A stretch of 61,368 nucleotides of DNA, the filler included, from Kipferlia bialata (Eukaryota): NCBI GenBank assembly GCA_003568945.1. It is 3 parts of 3 records of this genome, joined end to end, with 100 filler letters (N's around TTAATTAATTAA, not from the genome) between each part and the next. Parts side by side here need not be neighbours in the genome. Positions count along the whole stretch, not along the records: positions 20,496 to 40,888 come from BDIP01000377.1; 2 more parts are not named here. One strand, written 5' to 3'. Position 1 is the first letter of the stretch; the number at the start of each line of letters is the position of its first letter. Both the position numbers and the translations under genes were made by a program. Positions 25,101 through 39,710 of the stretch are shown here, one piece after another. The notes beneath the pieces were generated by a model. The model ran no database searches. It was not told the origin of the DNA and saw only the letters and a program-made list of their open reading frames with translations.

Positions 25101-28100
25101 GGCCATCGGTGCAGCTGCTGCCCCTCTCTTTGACTCCCCCCCCACTGTTGACTTCATCGAGAGTGCCATCCTGATGTCAATCAGACTGGCCAACGGGTGG
25201 CTGGCAGAGCAAGTGAACAAGGTATACTCGTGTGAATTGACGTATATACATAGTCATAATCGGGCACTGATATTTGTGTATACCTGTCGATCTCTCTCAG
25301 GAGATTATTCTTCTCTGCTGTCCTAACACCCTCAGGACCTTGAGAATGCCGCCTCTGCCCTAGCTTCATTCACAGAAGTATATAGACTATATGTTGACTA
25401 CTTTCATATTTTCATTCTGATGTTATAACCCCCTCAGGACCTTGAGAATGCTGCCTCTGCCCTGGTTGGGTCTCTGTCCTACCAGTGGCTGAACCCAGAG
25501 GGCAGGCTCTACAACAAGCAGGTGTGTAATACAATATATATAAGCTATTCTCATAGTATGCATGGCAGTGTGGATAGAGCTCTACAAGAAGGACATGTAG
25601 GTGTGTTTCTGGCTCTACTTGCCCTAGCATCACATGTCTCCCTCTCTCCCTTACCCCCAGGTCACTCTGAAGGACAGGATGTGGGACCCATACTTCACAG
25701 CATACAGGTACGTACATACAAACATACATACATACACACAGGTTCAGTAACTCACTGTATAGATGTGAATATATATATCCATATACACAATAATACAGTA
25801 GTTTAGTATTGTACTGTCCCTCATATCAGGCTCAAGACTGCCGACCAGCTTGATGACACTGTGGAGCCCCTGCAGTCCAAGGACTTTACATGGGTGCCAG
25901 GTATACACATTAACAGATACACTATCGCTTGTATGTATGTGCAATGAGAGAAAGATATATATAGCGCGAGCTTCACTTGGGTGCCAGGTGGTTATAGAGT
26001 CATATACACACATATACATATGGAGACATATAGATATACTGATATGTCGATAATAACCCTATCGCCGTCCCAGTCTAACTCTAAATATGCGTGTAACATA
26101 TACCCATATCCTCACCCCAGGCCAGGAGAGACTGGCCGGTCTGGATGGGTACCTATATATATCTTTATATATACTTTAAATTCTATATATGAGTACACTA
26201 ACCATAGGCCAGGAGAGACTGGCTGGTCTGGATGGGTTATATATATATAAGATGTCTATAGACAATGAATACATATCAATAGAATAACCCCTAGGCCAGG
26301 AGAGACTGGCTGGTCTTGATGGGTACCTAGCCGTTGCCAACAATGGATGGCTCTTTGGGGGTGACCCATGCATGGACTTTGCAGCATGGCCTAACAGGTA
26401 CATCCACGGAGACAAGTCATATATACACTCTATACATCCTGCAGCTCGGCGTAACAAGTATTCAATTCTTCAGTGATAGAGTTGTATTCCAGTGACGTAT
26501 CATTATAATTAATATCCTCACCCCCCAGGTCCTACCTTCGCCGTGACATTGTCATCTGGGGGGACAGCGTAAAGCTCAGGTAGGTCGTAGAGCTTTGCTC
26601 TGTCTTCACTCTTTCATATAGTTGATCTTTCATTCCTGCTCTCTCTCTCTCTCTGCCTCTCCGCTTATCCCTAGATATGGCTCCTGCAAGCAGGACAACC
26701 CACCCCTGTGGGACTACATTGAGTCATACACTAGGCAGCTGGCACAGGTACAAGACATATGTGTTACTTCAAATATCTAATAGTTATTGATAGTTGGCTG
26801 ATCTTGATCCATACACAAGACTGGTACCTAACCCCCAGACCTTCGATGGGTTCCGCATTGACAACGCCCACTCCACACCCCTCCCACTGGCCAAGTACAT
26901 GCTGAGGAGTGCTAGGTACTATATTAGTGTATATAGAAGGAAATACTACAATATACAGCATATATGATGACTCCGCTATACTCATACCACTGGCCAAGTA
27001 CATGCTGAGGAGCGCCAGGTACTATGATTGTATTGAGTATATGTATTCTTTGTCTCTTCTATTTCACCCAGGCGCATAAGAGTAATTGTTTCTCCCGATA
27101 TTGTCTCTCTCTCTCTTCCACTCTCTCTCCTTACCCCAGGGTACTACCCCCTCCATCTTCTCTCTCTTTCTCTCCCCCCTCTCTCTGTCCTTACCAAAGG
27201 CGTGCCAATCCCTCCATCTTCCTCTTTGCCGAGCTCTTCTCTGGGGCCGAGGCCAAGGACATCGAGTTTGTATCCCAGCTTGGTGTGGTGTGCCTAGGTT
27301 AGTACATGACATATACACAAATATGTATTTAGTAGGAGGTATTCTGTTATATATTCAGTTTGTGTCTCAGCTCGGTGTGGTGTGCCTAGGTTAGTGTTAT
27401 GTGCATATATATCCTGTCTCACTGTATATATGTACATCTACCCCTCCTCACCATCAGTGACTGAGCAGGTCCATGTCACACATATATATATATATATGCT
27501 TTCTGTACCATATCACTATGTATATACATGGACATACCCTCTCATACTTATCCACCCTCACCCCCAGTGACTGAGCAGGTGCATGCCAGGAGTGCAGGAG
27601 ACCTATCAGGTAAGGAGGCACTCGATAGTATTGGAGTATTGGTATAGACTGCGACTTACCTTTCTCTAAAACATGTACACTTCTAGTAACCCACTTTCCC
27701 TCTCAGGCACTGTGTATGGTCTAGGTGCCGTATATATACATACTTATATGGGTCTCTTCATTCAATATCAATTAGTACTAGCGTGTCTCCTCACCCCACA
27801 GGCACTGTGTATGGTCTGGGTGCCACATACATTAATATACATGAATATATGTGGGTAGCACTCTATTCATATATTCCAATGATATCTACCGTGTCTTCTT
27901 ACCCCCCCAGGCACTGTGTATGGCCTGGGTGCAACCCCCTGCGGCATGCTGCCCAACGTGCCAGCTCACAGGTATATTTGTCTAATCAGATATTTACATA
28001 TATATGTGTAGTTTACTTCACAGGGGAGAGTATAGAGACCATCTTTATTGTATCATTTGCATTGTTCTCTGTATCTATGTATGTATTACTGACACTAACC

Positions 28101-31100
28101 CCCCAGGGTCAACAGGAAGGAGACCATCCCCACCGTGCTGTATGATGTCACCCACGACAACAAGCCACCCATGCTGGTGGTGACAGGTAACCCTATCTAT
28201 CAATGTACTTATCTTCTGCTTCATCTTCCTCACTATCACTTTATGCATGTCATATCCATTCTGACCCCATGTGATGTAGTACACTATCTTAGTATATGTT
28301 CCTATACATATGTACCTATCCCAGGTGATGTGCACAATGCCGGCCAGACCAAGACCCACCATGGTGTGGGTAACCAGCTGGTACTGGCAGCACTGGCAGC
28401 AGCTAGCAGGACAGTGTCAGGTATATATATGTATTTATTATAGTATACGGCAAATGTATAATACAGACTTGTATTATAGTTGTTTAGTATGGTGGTACCG
28501 GCAGCACTGGCGGCAAGGCTAACTCTGCTTCTACTATCCTCACCCCCTCAGGCTCCACCATGGGAGTGGACTTCCTAGTGCCAGAGCACGTCAAGGTAGG
28601 GATACAGTGGTTCAGTGGATAGATACAAATGAGTTTACTATATTGCAACAATGGTAGTACCTTTCCCTCTTCTCTAACCCATAGGTGACTGACAAGCGTC
28701 TGTACAAGGCCTTTGCCAAGCACGCCAGAGTCGGCATCCAGAGACCTAGGTTTGTGTGTGTATACTCCAACATATACACGTTTGCTATACTATATGTTGT
28801 ATACTTTTAGTAGGCATTGGTGTGTACTTCCGACTATGTATGTCTCACCCCAGGGAGGTCCTCAACAAGCTGCACACCTACATGGAGAAGGCAGGGTACC
28901 ATCAGGTAATGTATCAATATGATATATACTGTAATCTGTACACTATGCTCTATTATATACACCTACATGGAGAAGGGAGGGTACCATCAGGTCGGTATAT
29001 CACTAGATACACACTGTTATGAATTACCTATACCCTGTGGAATCCACTGCCCCCTAATCCTAGGCCTACAGCCACTGTGAGGGAGGCATTGTGTCTGTGT
29101 CTAGGTTCAACCCTTTAACTGGCGAGTCATTCATGGTGGTGACCAGACCAGACTTCCCAGACAACCAGACAGGTACAAGTATTGGAATACCCCTCATACT
29201 ACTTATAGATGGATCGTGTTCTCCATATATGGGAGATTGTGTACACTAACCCTGTAGGCCTTCCCCCCCCCCCTCCCTGCACATTAGTGATGTATCATAC
29301 AGAATATATATGAATATATACATATGAGTATGTGTGAGTTCTTGTGTTCACTCCCCAATATATTTATGCTAACAACAGGCATTCCCCCCTCCCTGCACAT
29401 TGGAGGCCAGGTCACACAGACATTCCTGGCATCCAGCGTGTCAGTCAGCCACGAAGTGAGTATACTACAGTGTTATCTATTGCATCTGGAGATATTATAG
29501 CATATATAAATATATATGTATAGGTATGTATAGGTATGTATACAGACATTCCTGGCATCCAGCGTGTCTGTCAGCCACGAGTAATGGATATGGTTTCTAT
29601 ACATATACACCCATATTCACAATGAAGACTGCTTGTGTATCTAGAAGTGTGTCCTTACCCTCTAGGCTGCCCGTTCCTATGTGCGTGACGAGACCACCGT
29701 GACAGGCCTCGACATCACATGCCACACGCCACACTGGGGGCTAGGTGTGTGGTTCTATACAATTTTTTCTGTGTAGATTATGTACATACATATGAAGCGG
29801 GTGAGAATGTGCTATATGCCACACACAAATACTTATTCTCTAACCCCCATGCTTTGGTGAGGACCCTCTCCCTGGCTGCGATGCACTGTTCCTGGGGGAC
29901 ATGGGAAGGTGTGTCCATGTATATAACAAAACACAGTATATGGATAAGCTCTTAGCCTCTCTCCTAGGATTGAGTATCCAGTCATTCATTTTTGAATGAA
30001 TGAAACTGAACTTGTGTGTCATATGTGTATATTCTCCTCCCTCACCCCAGGATCGAGGAGGTGCCCTGCCTGCCAGACTCCACATCCTGTGAGTGCAGGT
30101 GAGGGAGACACTAGTATACATGAGAGAGTGTGTACTGATGTGTGTATATCCCAGTGACACTGTCTCATTTCCCTTTCTGTTATTTGTGCAAGATACTCAC
30201 TCCAGGCTCATCTTCCACCCCTCCTTCACCCCTGGCTCTGTCATTGTATTGAAGACTAGGAGTGGGTGTGACAGGTCATACTCGAGGATCAGGTAGGGAG
30301 TATAATGTGGATATATATATTCATACACATGTATTTACATATATACATACACACTAGAAGTGGGTGTTAAGGGTCATACTCCAGGATAAGATGGGAAAGG
30401 GTGTGGATACCTTATGTTCCCTTTCAAACGTATCTAACACATCAGGTCCCTGATCACCGACACCTCCCTGGTTGTGTCTGAGGGTGGACAGCCCACGTCA
30501 CTGCACGGACAGACTATCAAGAGGGTGGGGCCATACATATCCGTAAATATATATCTAGTATATGTATTGCTACCATGGAAGGATAGTTCACAGACAATCA
30601 AGAGGGTGGGGTTTGGTGTAACACACACATATGTGTATATATACACAAGTCATATGTATATATATGTGGGTGATTCTCACCCTAGGCTGTGACTGGTCTC
30701 TCCTGTGCCGACATGCCCACTACTTTCTCTCTCTCTCCCCCTATCCTCTTATCTAACTCCAGACAATCAAGAGGGTGGGGTTCAGTGTCACATGTCATTA
30801 GTGTTATTTTCATCATCTCACATGTACAGGTTTGGGAAACTGGTCTCTTAGACTTCAAATACTCTCTCTTCCTCCCTTTCCCCCTATCTCCTAACCCCAG
30901 GCCGTCACCGGTCTCTCCTGTGCCGACATGTCCACCGCCTTGTATTGCTCTGACTCAGAGGAGAGGGAGGAGAGGGGGCAGGGGGTATATGCAGTGCCAG
31001 GTATAGGATATATGCCTCATTACATGTCAAGAGTTGTGATGTCGTACTGTAGTCCTACCACTCCCATTTGTATGTAATGAACGTATGTCTCTAACCCCCA

Positions 31101-34100
31101 AGGCTGCGAGCCCTGCTGGGCTGGCCTCGAGGGCATTGGTCCCGTCCTTGATCATGTCATCACCAGTGGAGACATGGGACACCCAATTGCCGGTAACATC
31201 AGGTATGTCAGAGGAAGTGTGTAAAGTGTATTGTATTGATGAATAATGTGGAGTATCTTATCCCCTCTGACCCCTCAGGGAGGGCAACTGGCTGTTGGAC
31301 TACCACATCAGACGGACTGAGAACATGCACGCCCTACACGAGGCACTCAAGGTACACATGTCACAGCTTGTCACAATCATCTGTGTAATATGCATGTCAC
31401 TGACCGTGTTAGGGTGCTGCCAAGGACATCAAGGCCCTGCCCTCCTGGCTGAGGCCCTGGGCTGTGAGTGTCACGCTGCAGTACACAAGACACACCATCA
31501 GAGACGAGGTATGATTGCGATCATGCAGTAAATTATTGTACTGGAGTGTAGTATTTTCTATATATTAGATACCGTTGTTAGTATTCACCCCAGGCTCTGC
31601 GCCGTCTCACCCCCCCTTCCCTTGTGGTCAGGAGGGACTGGTTCATATCCGAGCTGGTGCTGTCCAGCCTGCAGTTCTTCAGGTTTGATATGTGTACCTA
31701 TAGACTCTTACATGGACCATGTCGGGTATGGATATACTTACTATATATATACAGCCTGCAGTTCTTCAGGTTATATATGTGTACACATATACTATTGATA
31801 GTTATTGATAGTTATTGATAGATACTGATACTGATACTGATACAGCCTGCAGTTCTTCAGGTGCGTATAGTATTCATATACATAAACATCTGTGTGCAGT
31901 TCTTCAAGTGAGGGTGAACATGGGTGTTTCTATCTGTCTCTGATTCCTTGGGCTGTCTACAGTTCTTCAGGTGTGTATCCTACTGATTGATGAGATATTC
32001 TTCCCTTCTCCCCCCTCTGACCCTCAGCCTGCAGTTCTTCAGGTATGATATGTGTACATATATACTGTTTATCCGTCTCACACACCCCGGGTTGTCTTCA
32101 GTTGTTCATGTGTTGGTGTGCGCGTATGATGTAGCATTGCCTTTCGGTATTTGAGTCCCTCCCCATCTGACCCCCTAGGTCTCTGAAGTCTGACCCCATT
32201 GTCGATTCCACACTCGTCAGGTACCAAGGAACTAAGAACAGCGTGTCCTATACCTATCGCGTTGGCGTAGTGTTCTAGATAGCATATCACCAACCCACCA
32301 TATCACCCGCTTTCTTTTCATTTTGTGTGTATTATTGTATGTCTTACCCTCAGGATGGTCCGTGCCCAGCTGCCGAGACACGAGGACATGGACCATGTCG
32401 GGTGTGGCTATAGATAATATACATAGATATTTATGTATTATTATTATATGTATACTGTATATATATACTTCATACAGATGTATATATATATATAGTTGCA
32501 CGAGGACATGGACCATGTCGGATATGTGTCTCGATGGTGCAGATAGATCCATATATAGTGATATACGACCTGTTTGACAACACTTTTACAGCTTTAACGA
32601 GTATTTGATGTTCGGTTGCATGACCTAACCCCCAGCACCACCGCCACTGGGACCTCTGCGGTTGAGGCCTTTGAGGCTGAGACGTCCCTCGGGTCCATCG
32701 CTGCTGGGTTCCCCCACTTCTCAACGGGTATGTGTATAGATATAGAGATGGATACACGTATTTGTTTGTATATATAGAGAAAGACAGGGTTCACACACTT
32801 CTCAACAGGTATGTGTGTATATTGATGTATAGATGACTCATATATATGTATGTATATATCTAGAGACAGGGTTCCCCCACTTCTCAACGGGTATAGATAA
32901 ATTCATAAACTACCAATATACTGATGCTGTCTGCGACTACACTGTTCTCACACCCATGCATATGTTGAGCCTCTTAACGGCTTCTAGCCAATCCGTATAC
33001 TCTCTCTCATACTAGTTTACTCTATTTACATATACTCTAATGGTATATATACCCTCACCCTCTAGGCATGTTCCGTTCCTGGGGCCGTGACACCTTCATC
33101 TCAGCACCTGCCCTGCTACTGAGGACACAGAGATGGGCGGCATACAGGTGAGCACACAGAGTGTATGGTGTGATACAGGAGGATATATATAGTATATGTG
33201 TATTGTATATGTAGGACACATAGATGGGCGGCATACAGGTATGCACCTTAATAGACATCAGATATACCTAACCACCCACCGGGAATCCTCCTGGGTATAG
33301 ACCATAGTAAGACACAGGATCAATACCACTATATATGTTTGTGTAACATCCAGAGGCATCATCCTTGGCGCCTGGTCAGACATGGCCTCATATATACACT
33401 AATATTCCATATATATATACCAGTATCTATACATTTGTATACACTGTAGCAGTCCCTCACCCTCCAGGGGCATCATCCTGGGCGCTGCCTGTCTGGTGAG
33501 ACACGGCCTCATCCCCAACTTGATGGCAACATGGGGCAGCAGATACAACGCTAGGTACGTGACACTCATAGCCTCCCAGTACATGCCTTAGCCCTCGTAG
33601 CACCATTATGATATTCTTAACATGTATATACACAGACTCTCACCCCCAGAGAAGCTGTCTGGTTCTGGATGCACTCCATCATATATGTATATATGTATAT
33701 ATATATACAAATCCTATACTATTATACATTCATATTCTACAAGTGTGTTTAGACCCTCACCCCCAGAGATGCTGTCTGGTTCTGGATGCACTCCATCATC
33801 AGATACGTCAACGAGGTGGGAGGGAGTGATACATATCAGAACTTGCCCCCTGTTAATAATCCACTTCCCCAGGGTTTTGACGGCCCTCCTCTAATACTCA
33901 TGACATGACCTTTGTACCTATTTGTATATATATGAGCATCTATAAATCCTAACCTTTTGGCCCCTTCATCCTGACACTCCACTTTCTGATGTATCAATCT
34001 CTCTCTCTCTTTCTATATATATATACTCACCCCCAGGCCCCCGATGGCCCCTCCATCCTGACCCTGCCTGTTGTCAGACAGTTCCCAAGTGACAACCAGG

Positions 34101-34807
34101 GGGACTACTCAACTGCCAGAGTAGGGGGGAAGGTACATAGTAAGCGGTTATATGTAGTAAACAGACAATCCTTGCATAATTGTTTCTTAGTATATTCCAG
34201 TAAGACTACTCCACTGCTAGGGGGGAGGCAAGGTACATAGGAAGTGTCTATAGATATAACATATATTCCTTATATATCGTAATGTATCTGTAAATATTCC
34301 GAGGGACTACTCAACTGCTAGAGTGGAGATGAACACTTAAGAGTCTACTTGTTGCCAGACTTATACTCACTACCCAGGACGTCCACTTCATCAGGTGCCC
34401 AGAGACAGGCACAGTGGCATCATCACAGGTAGTGTATGGATGCATCACGATATATATATATATACATTATAGAAGAGAGTGAGAGAGGCAAGTGCTAAGA
34501 AACAGGCACAGTGGCATCGTCACAGATAGTGTATAGATGTATGCTCATATATATAATATATATATATACACATTATAATAGAGAGAGAGAGAGGCACAGT
34601 GGCATAATCCCGGGTATTGCTTTAGTATGTGTATCAGTATCAGTATTCAATATTCTATTTGTTATGTCCACCTTTGAGAGTCAAAGCTTATTTGTAATTA
34701 TTTGTGTGGACCATCACAATTCTCATCCATCAGCACGTTGTCCCCCTCTCCACCCTTGTGGCCGAGGTTCTGTACAAGCACCTGGTCGGCATAGACTTCA
34801 GGTAGAT

Positions 34808-34844
<37 letters not shown>

Positions 34845-37800
34845 TATGTGTCAATATTAACCAGGATAGTACTTGTTTATAGTTAGCTGTACAAGCACCT
34901 TATCAGCATAGACTTCAGGTACATAGGCATATGGTACACTGTCTCTGTACTCAATACTATCTGAAATGCATATGGACACTCGTGCTCTACATATATATGT
35001 ATACACACTCATTTCTTACCCCAGGGAGTGGAATGCCGGCACCCAGATTGATGAGCACATGAAGGACGGGGGGTTCAACGTGCACGTGCATGTCGATAGG
35101 AACACAGGTATTGCCCATTTCTTTATCTTTCTCTCTCTCTCTAAATACATACATATATGTCTATCTATTGTTCCGGTTATGTCATCTATATACATTCCTC
35201 ACCCCAGGCCTTATGATGGGAGGCAATGACCTCAACTGTGGAACCTGGATGGACAAGATGGGGTCATCCTCGAAGGCCGGGAACAAGGTATGGGAAGAAT
35301 GGTATACACTACTTCCTCATATGACCACACACACAACTCATTAACTGCACACCCATATCTCTCTCACCCCAGGGCCACCCGTCCACCTCCAGACAGGGTG
35401 CCCCCATTGAGCTGACTGGTCTGCTGTATGCTGTGCTGGACAGTGTGGTGGGACACCCGGAGTGGTACGTGTATACGTGTGAGTATGTATATAGTTATAC
35501 TGATGTATATACGGATATTTACCTTACCTTCAGGTTCACCCCCGTGACCACTGACCTTGACAACATGTTCAAGCAGACACACACAGAGATGCCTGGGTTC
35601 AGCAGGACAGCTAGGTGTGTGGGTATCTCTGAAACACTGTGTCATTGTACTGATATCTACCCTTGGTATACTTGGTATACTAGTATCTACCCATTGCCTC
35701 TGTGTGCACAATTGGACATATACTATGTATTGGATTCAGCAGGACAGCTAGGTATTGTAGCACCTATCTACTCTTACCTCTCTACTCCGCCTCAATGTAC
35801 AGAATGATACGCTGTTCTTTCCCTTACACTCACCATCTAGACACGCCCCTCGCAATGCCTCTCTCATGCTCCGTCAGTGGAGGGCCAAGATCCTGTCCAC
35901 GTTCGACAAGCTGCACTACGTGCCTGAGGTATAGGGATATACATTTTATGAGTCTTTATGAGTACATATATATATGAATTGGTATTAGATATTTTGTGTG
36001 GCTGTGCCTATTGTATTTCCTCTTCTGTCTCTATCCCTCTCCTCACCCTCCCCAGTCTGTGGATGCTGCCAGAACAACTCTATATATATCTACCTTACCT
36101 TATACCTTTCTGATAAGCAGGCTTTGACCACATCTCACATCTCTATCCCTCTGCTTACACCTCAGTCTGTCGATGCTGCCAGGAGACTTGGCATCGATGA
36201 GTCTCTGGCCAATGTCAGGCAGATGTACAAGGTATGCTGACTAGTATGTATATACATAGAGAGAGAAAGAGAGTAGACAGACTGATACTATTTTCTGTGA
36301 GTCCGTTGATAATGTCAGACAGATGTACAAGGTATGGGTGATTATTCTTCTCCAACAGTGTTCCTCTGTGTAAATGTCCCAATCTCCCAAGACCGCTAGT
36401 GTCAATTCAATACACTGTATGTTGACCCATACCCATCCTTGACCCCCAGGACACCTTGTCTGTTGACATAGTGGATAGTATTGATAAGCACACTGCATTA
36501 GAATACACACCCGCTTACTCTCAGGACACCAACTCAGTTGACTACACTATAACAGAGTACACTATTGTAATCAGAGTATGACTATACTAGCTATGTATAT
36601 ACTCCTCTCTCACCCCCAGGACACCTACTCTGTGGACTACCATGGGTGCACTCCCTGGCCCGACTACCAGCTCAGACCCAACTTCACAATGGCAATGAGC
36701 GTGGCACCCAGCCTGTTTGTCAGGTATGTATGTATTTATGTATGCATACGTACTTATAGTTTGTATCTGTATGTGTTACTATGTATACAATGGCAATGAG
36801 CGTGGCACCTAGTCTCTTTGTCAGGTAGATATATGTATGCATATTTACAATATGTGTGTCCTTTACTATATATGTAATGAATGGCAATGAGCGTGGCACC
36901 AAGTCTCTTTGTTGGTATATGTGTGTGTATTTATATATTTCTCTCTATCTACCCCTAAAGACACTAATATGTATGTGTTACAGTACATGTGTCCATTCAC
37001 TACTCCCACCCCCAGGGGCCATACCCATCCCAGATATGTATATATATATACATATATATCACACTTAGTCACCTCTTACCCCAAGGGGCCATGCCCGTCT
37101 AATAAACATATACGTGTATGTGTTTCATTATGTATGTATATGTATATCTGTATATACATCCATCCACCTCTCACCCCCAGGGGCCATGCCCGCCTTGCCC
37201 TGGAGAAGGCCACAGAGGCACTGATATGCCCATCATCAATAGGTATGTATATATATATATATATATCCATATATATATACTCTATTATTACCATATATGT
37301 GTGTATATGTCTATAATACTTGTGTTATGGAGAATGCTACATAGGCACTCATATGCCCATGTCTATGTATCATCTAGCATAGGTGGCACCATATACACAT
37401 GTGACATATTGTATTGGATGTTGCACCTGTGAGTACTATTCCATATGTCAGATATATCCCCATTTCCTCGTATGTGATGTATGTCCAGTGCATATACCCC
37501 TCTTCTGACCCCCCAGGCACCAAGACCCTGGCACCCACAGATGCACAGTACAGGCCAGCATACGACCAGGTATACATATATGTATGTGTGTGTGCATGTG
37601 TATACTATTCATTTAGTAAGTTTTCATCCTGACATCATATGTATACTTGTCAATAAACAATAGTATCTAACCATCCCAGGGCGACACCTCTCCCACCCCA
37701 TGGGTCACTATGTATACTCATTTACACTGTATATATATATGTATGTAAATTTCTATATCCCTCCTGACACCCCAGGGTGATACCCATGACCACGCTACTG

Positions 37801-39548
37801 TCGTGTATTAAACGCATTTGTGTATATATAGGTATATACTGATATCTTACCATCCCAGGGCGATACCCATGACCACGCCACCTCCTGCGGTGCCAACTAC
37901 CACAATGGCCCAGAGTGGGTGCACATGTTTGGGTACTACCTACAGGCACTGGTTAGCACACAGGTATAGTGATAAGTGTATGAGTGTCTCTTTTTACGCA
38001 TAGCACCCAGGTATAGCAATTAGTAGAATTCTGGTATATTCACCATATATTATTCACTCTATCCATCTCACCCCCCAAACTGTCCCCCCCGAGTATAGTG
38101 TATATATGTGTGTACGTGTGTACTATGCGTCTGTAATATATACCGTATATACTACCCCACCTCACCCCCCAGACTGTCCCCCCTGAGTATAGTGTATATA
38201 TATGTGTGTGTGTGTACGTGTGTACTATGCGTCTATACCATATACCGTATACACTCTACCATCTCACCCCCCAGACTGTCCCCCCTGAGGATGTGTTCTG
38301 TGCCCTGTCCACACAGCTCAGGACATACATGCTGAGGTATGTGTATATATACTATATATATAGTTGTATGTATAGATACATATATCCCTATGGATATATC
38401 TACAGTTACATATGTATACAGTTACATATATATCCCTATGGATATGTACGTTATATATATATATACGCACATATATGTGCCCTGTCCACACAGCTCAAGA
38501 CATACATGCTGAGGTATGTATATATATACTATATATGTAGTTACATGTATATATATTATGTATTGTATTATTATTTATACTATATATGTGTATATGCCCT
38601 GTCCACACAGCTCAGGACATACATGCTGAGGTACTATTACATATATATACTATGTATATACTATATATATATATATCCCTATGTATATGTACGTTATAAA
38701 TATATGTATATATATGTGTGTGTTCTGTGCCCTGTCCACACAGCTCAGGACATACATGCTGAGGTATTAAGTGCATATATGTATGTATATATAGTCATAT
38801 ATACTACTCAGGACATACATGCTGAAGTAACCAATACATATATATATGTATACCATTTTGCTACTATACTCAGGACATATTTGCTGAGATACAATCACTT
38901 TACTCAACTTCTCCCTCCGTATTTCAACTACTTGTAACCCTCTCCCCTACTTCCCCCATTTTAGGTGCACTGGGTTCAATGGCGACTTCATTTCCCCGCC
39001 TTATACATATATCTATATATATATACACTATATGTATATACTACTATATCCACTGTTGGTGATCTCTTACTCTACCCCTCAGGTGCACTGGGTTCAATGG
39101 CGACTTCATCTCACTGCCTGAGCTCACCAACCACAACGGGGAGAGGTGCCCTGGATCATGCATGGCGCAGGTGGGTGGATATATATGCATATGCATATAT
39201 AGGCCTTCTTCTTCTACTTGTCTACTTGAATGAATATACATAAGGAAGAGAGGTGCCCTGGGTCATGCATGGCCCAGGTGGGTAGATTGATGCTCTCTAT
39301 ATTGCTATATACAACCACAAGTATTCATTGTGTATACAGATACATGTCACTTACTCTCTAGGCCTGGGCCGTTGCCACTATACATGATGCATACTTGCAG
39401 TATACACACCCAGTCTTATTGAGTACTTCGATATATTTACATATATATATACATGTCACTAACTCTCTAGGCCTGGGCCGTTGCCACTGTGCTAGATGCC
39501 TTCTGCACTGCAGCAGAGGCAGACGACAATGAGTACATGGCCCTGTAG
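20804..39548 (+). CDS. AGL: Glycogen debranching enzyme (4-alpha-glucanotransferase/amylo-1,6-glucosidase), roughly 60 short exons, extreme 5' end missing
   Basis: Spliced motifs in the expected order: GYNMIHFSPIQ, DVVWNH, ANNGW, YLRRDIVIWGDSVKLRYG, FDGFRIDNAHSTP, AELFSG, DVTHDN, AGFPHFSTG, RSWGRDTFIS, RYNARDAVWFW, NCGTWMDKMGSS, DYQLRPNF, NYHNGPEW, LPELTN, SCMAQAW. Stop at 39546-39548. Catalytic acidic residues of both domains are present. Confidence 0.97.
23076..23563 (+). repeat. Four acceptor+exon-head copies preceding the complete AGL exon 23502-23563
   Basis: AG|TGGCACCAAGGA(GGA)CAG at 23076, 23202, 23292, 23396 and 23502; only the last continues to a donor. Confidence 0.95.
31594..32042 (+). 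repeat. Five exon-tail+donor copies following AGL exon 31594-31682
   Basis: (CCTG)CAGTTCTTCAG|GT recurs about five times in the downstream intron (one copy ends CAA|GT). Confidence 0.95.
38079..38889 (+). repeat. Two head copies and five tail copies around AGL exon 38275-38336
   Basis: ACTGTCCCCCC.GAG upstream; (TGCCCTGTCCACACAG)CTCAGGACATACATGCTGAG|GT repeated downstream within TA-rich DNA. Confidence 0.95.
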
Positions 39549-39555
39549 AGGGAGG

Positions 39556-39593
<38 letters not shown>

Positions 39594-39670
39594 AATGAGT
39601 ACATGGCCCTGTAGAGGGAGGGGGAGAGAGAGAGAGAGAGAGATGACAATGAGTACATGGCACTGTAGGG
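39524..39670 (+). repeat. Triplicated AGL stop-codon segment
   Basis: GACAATGAGTACATGGC(C/A)CTGTAG followed by G/GA repeats, three times in tandem. Confidence 0.95.
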
Positions 39671-39674
39671 TGAG

Positions 39675-39710
<36 letters not shown>

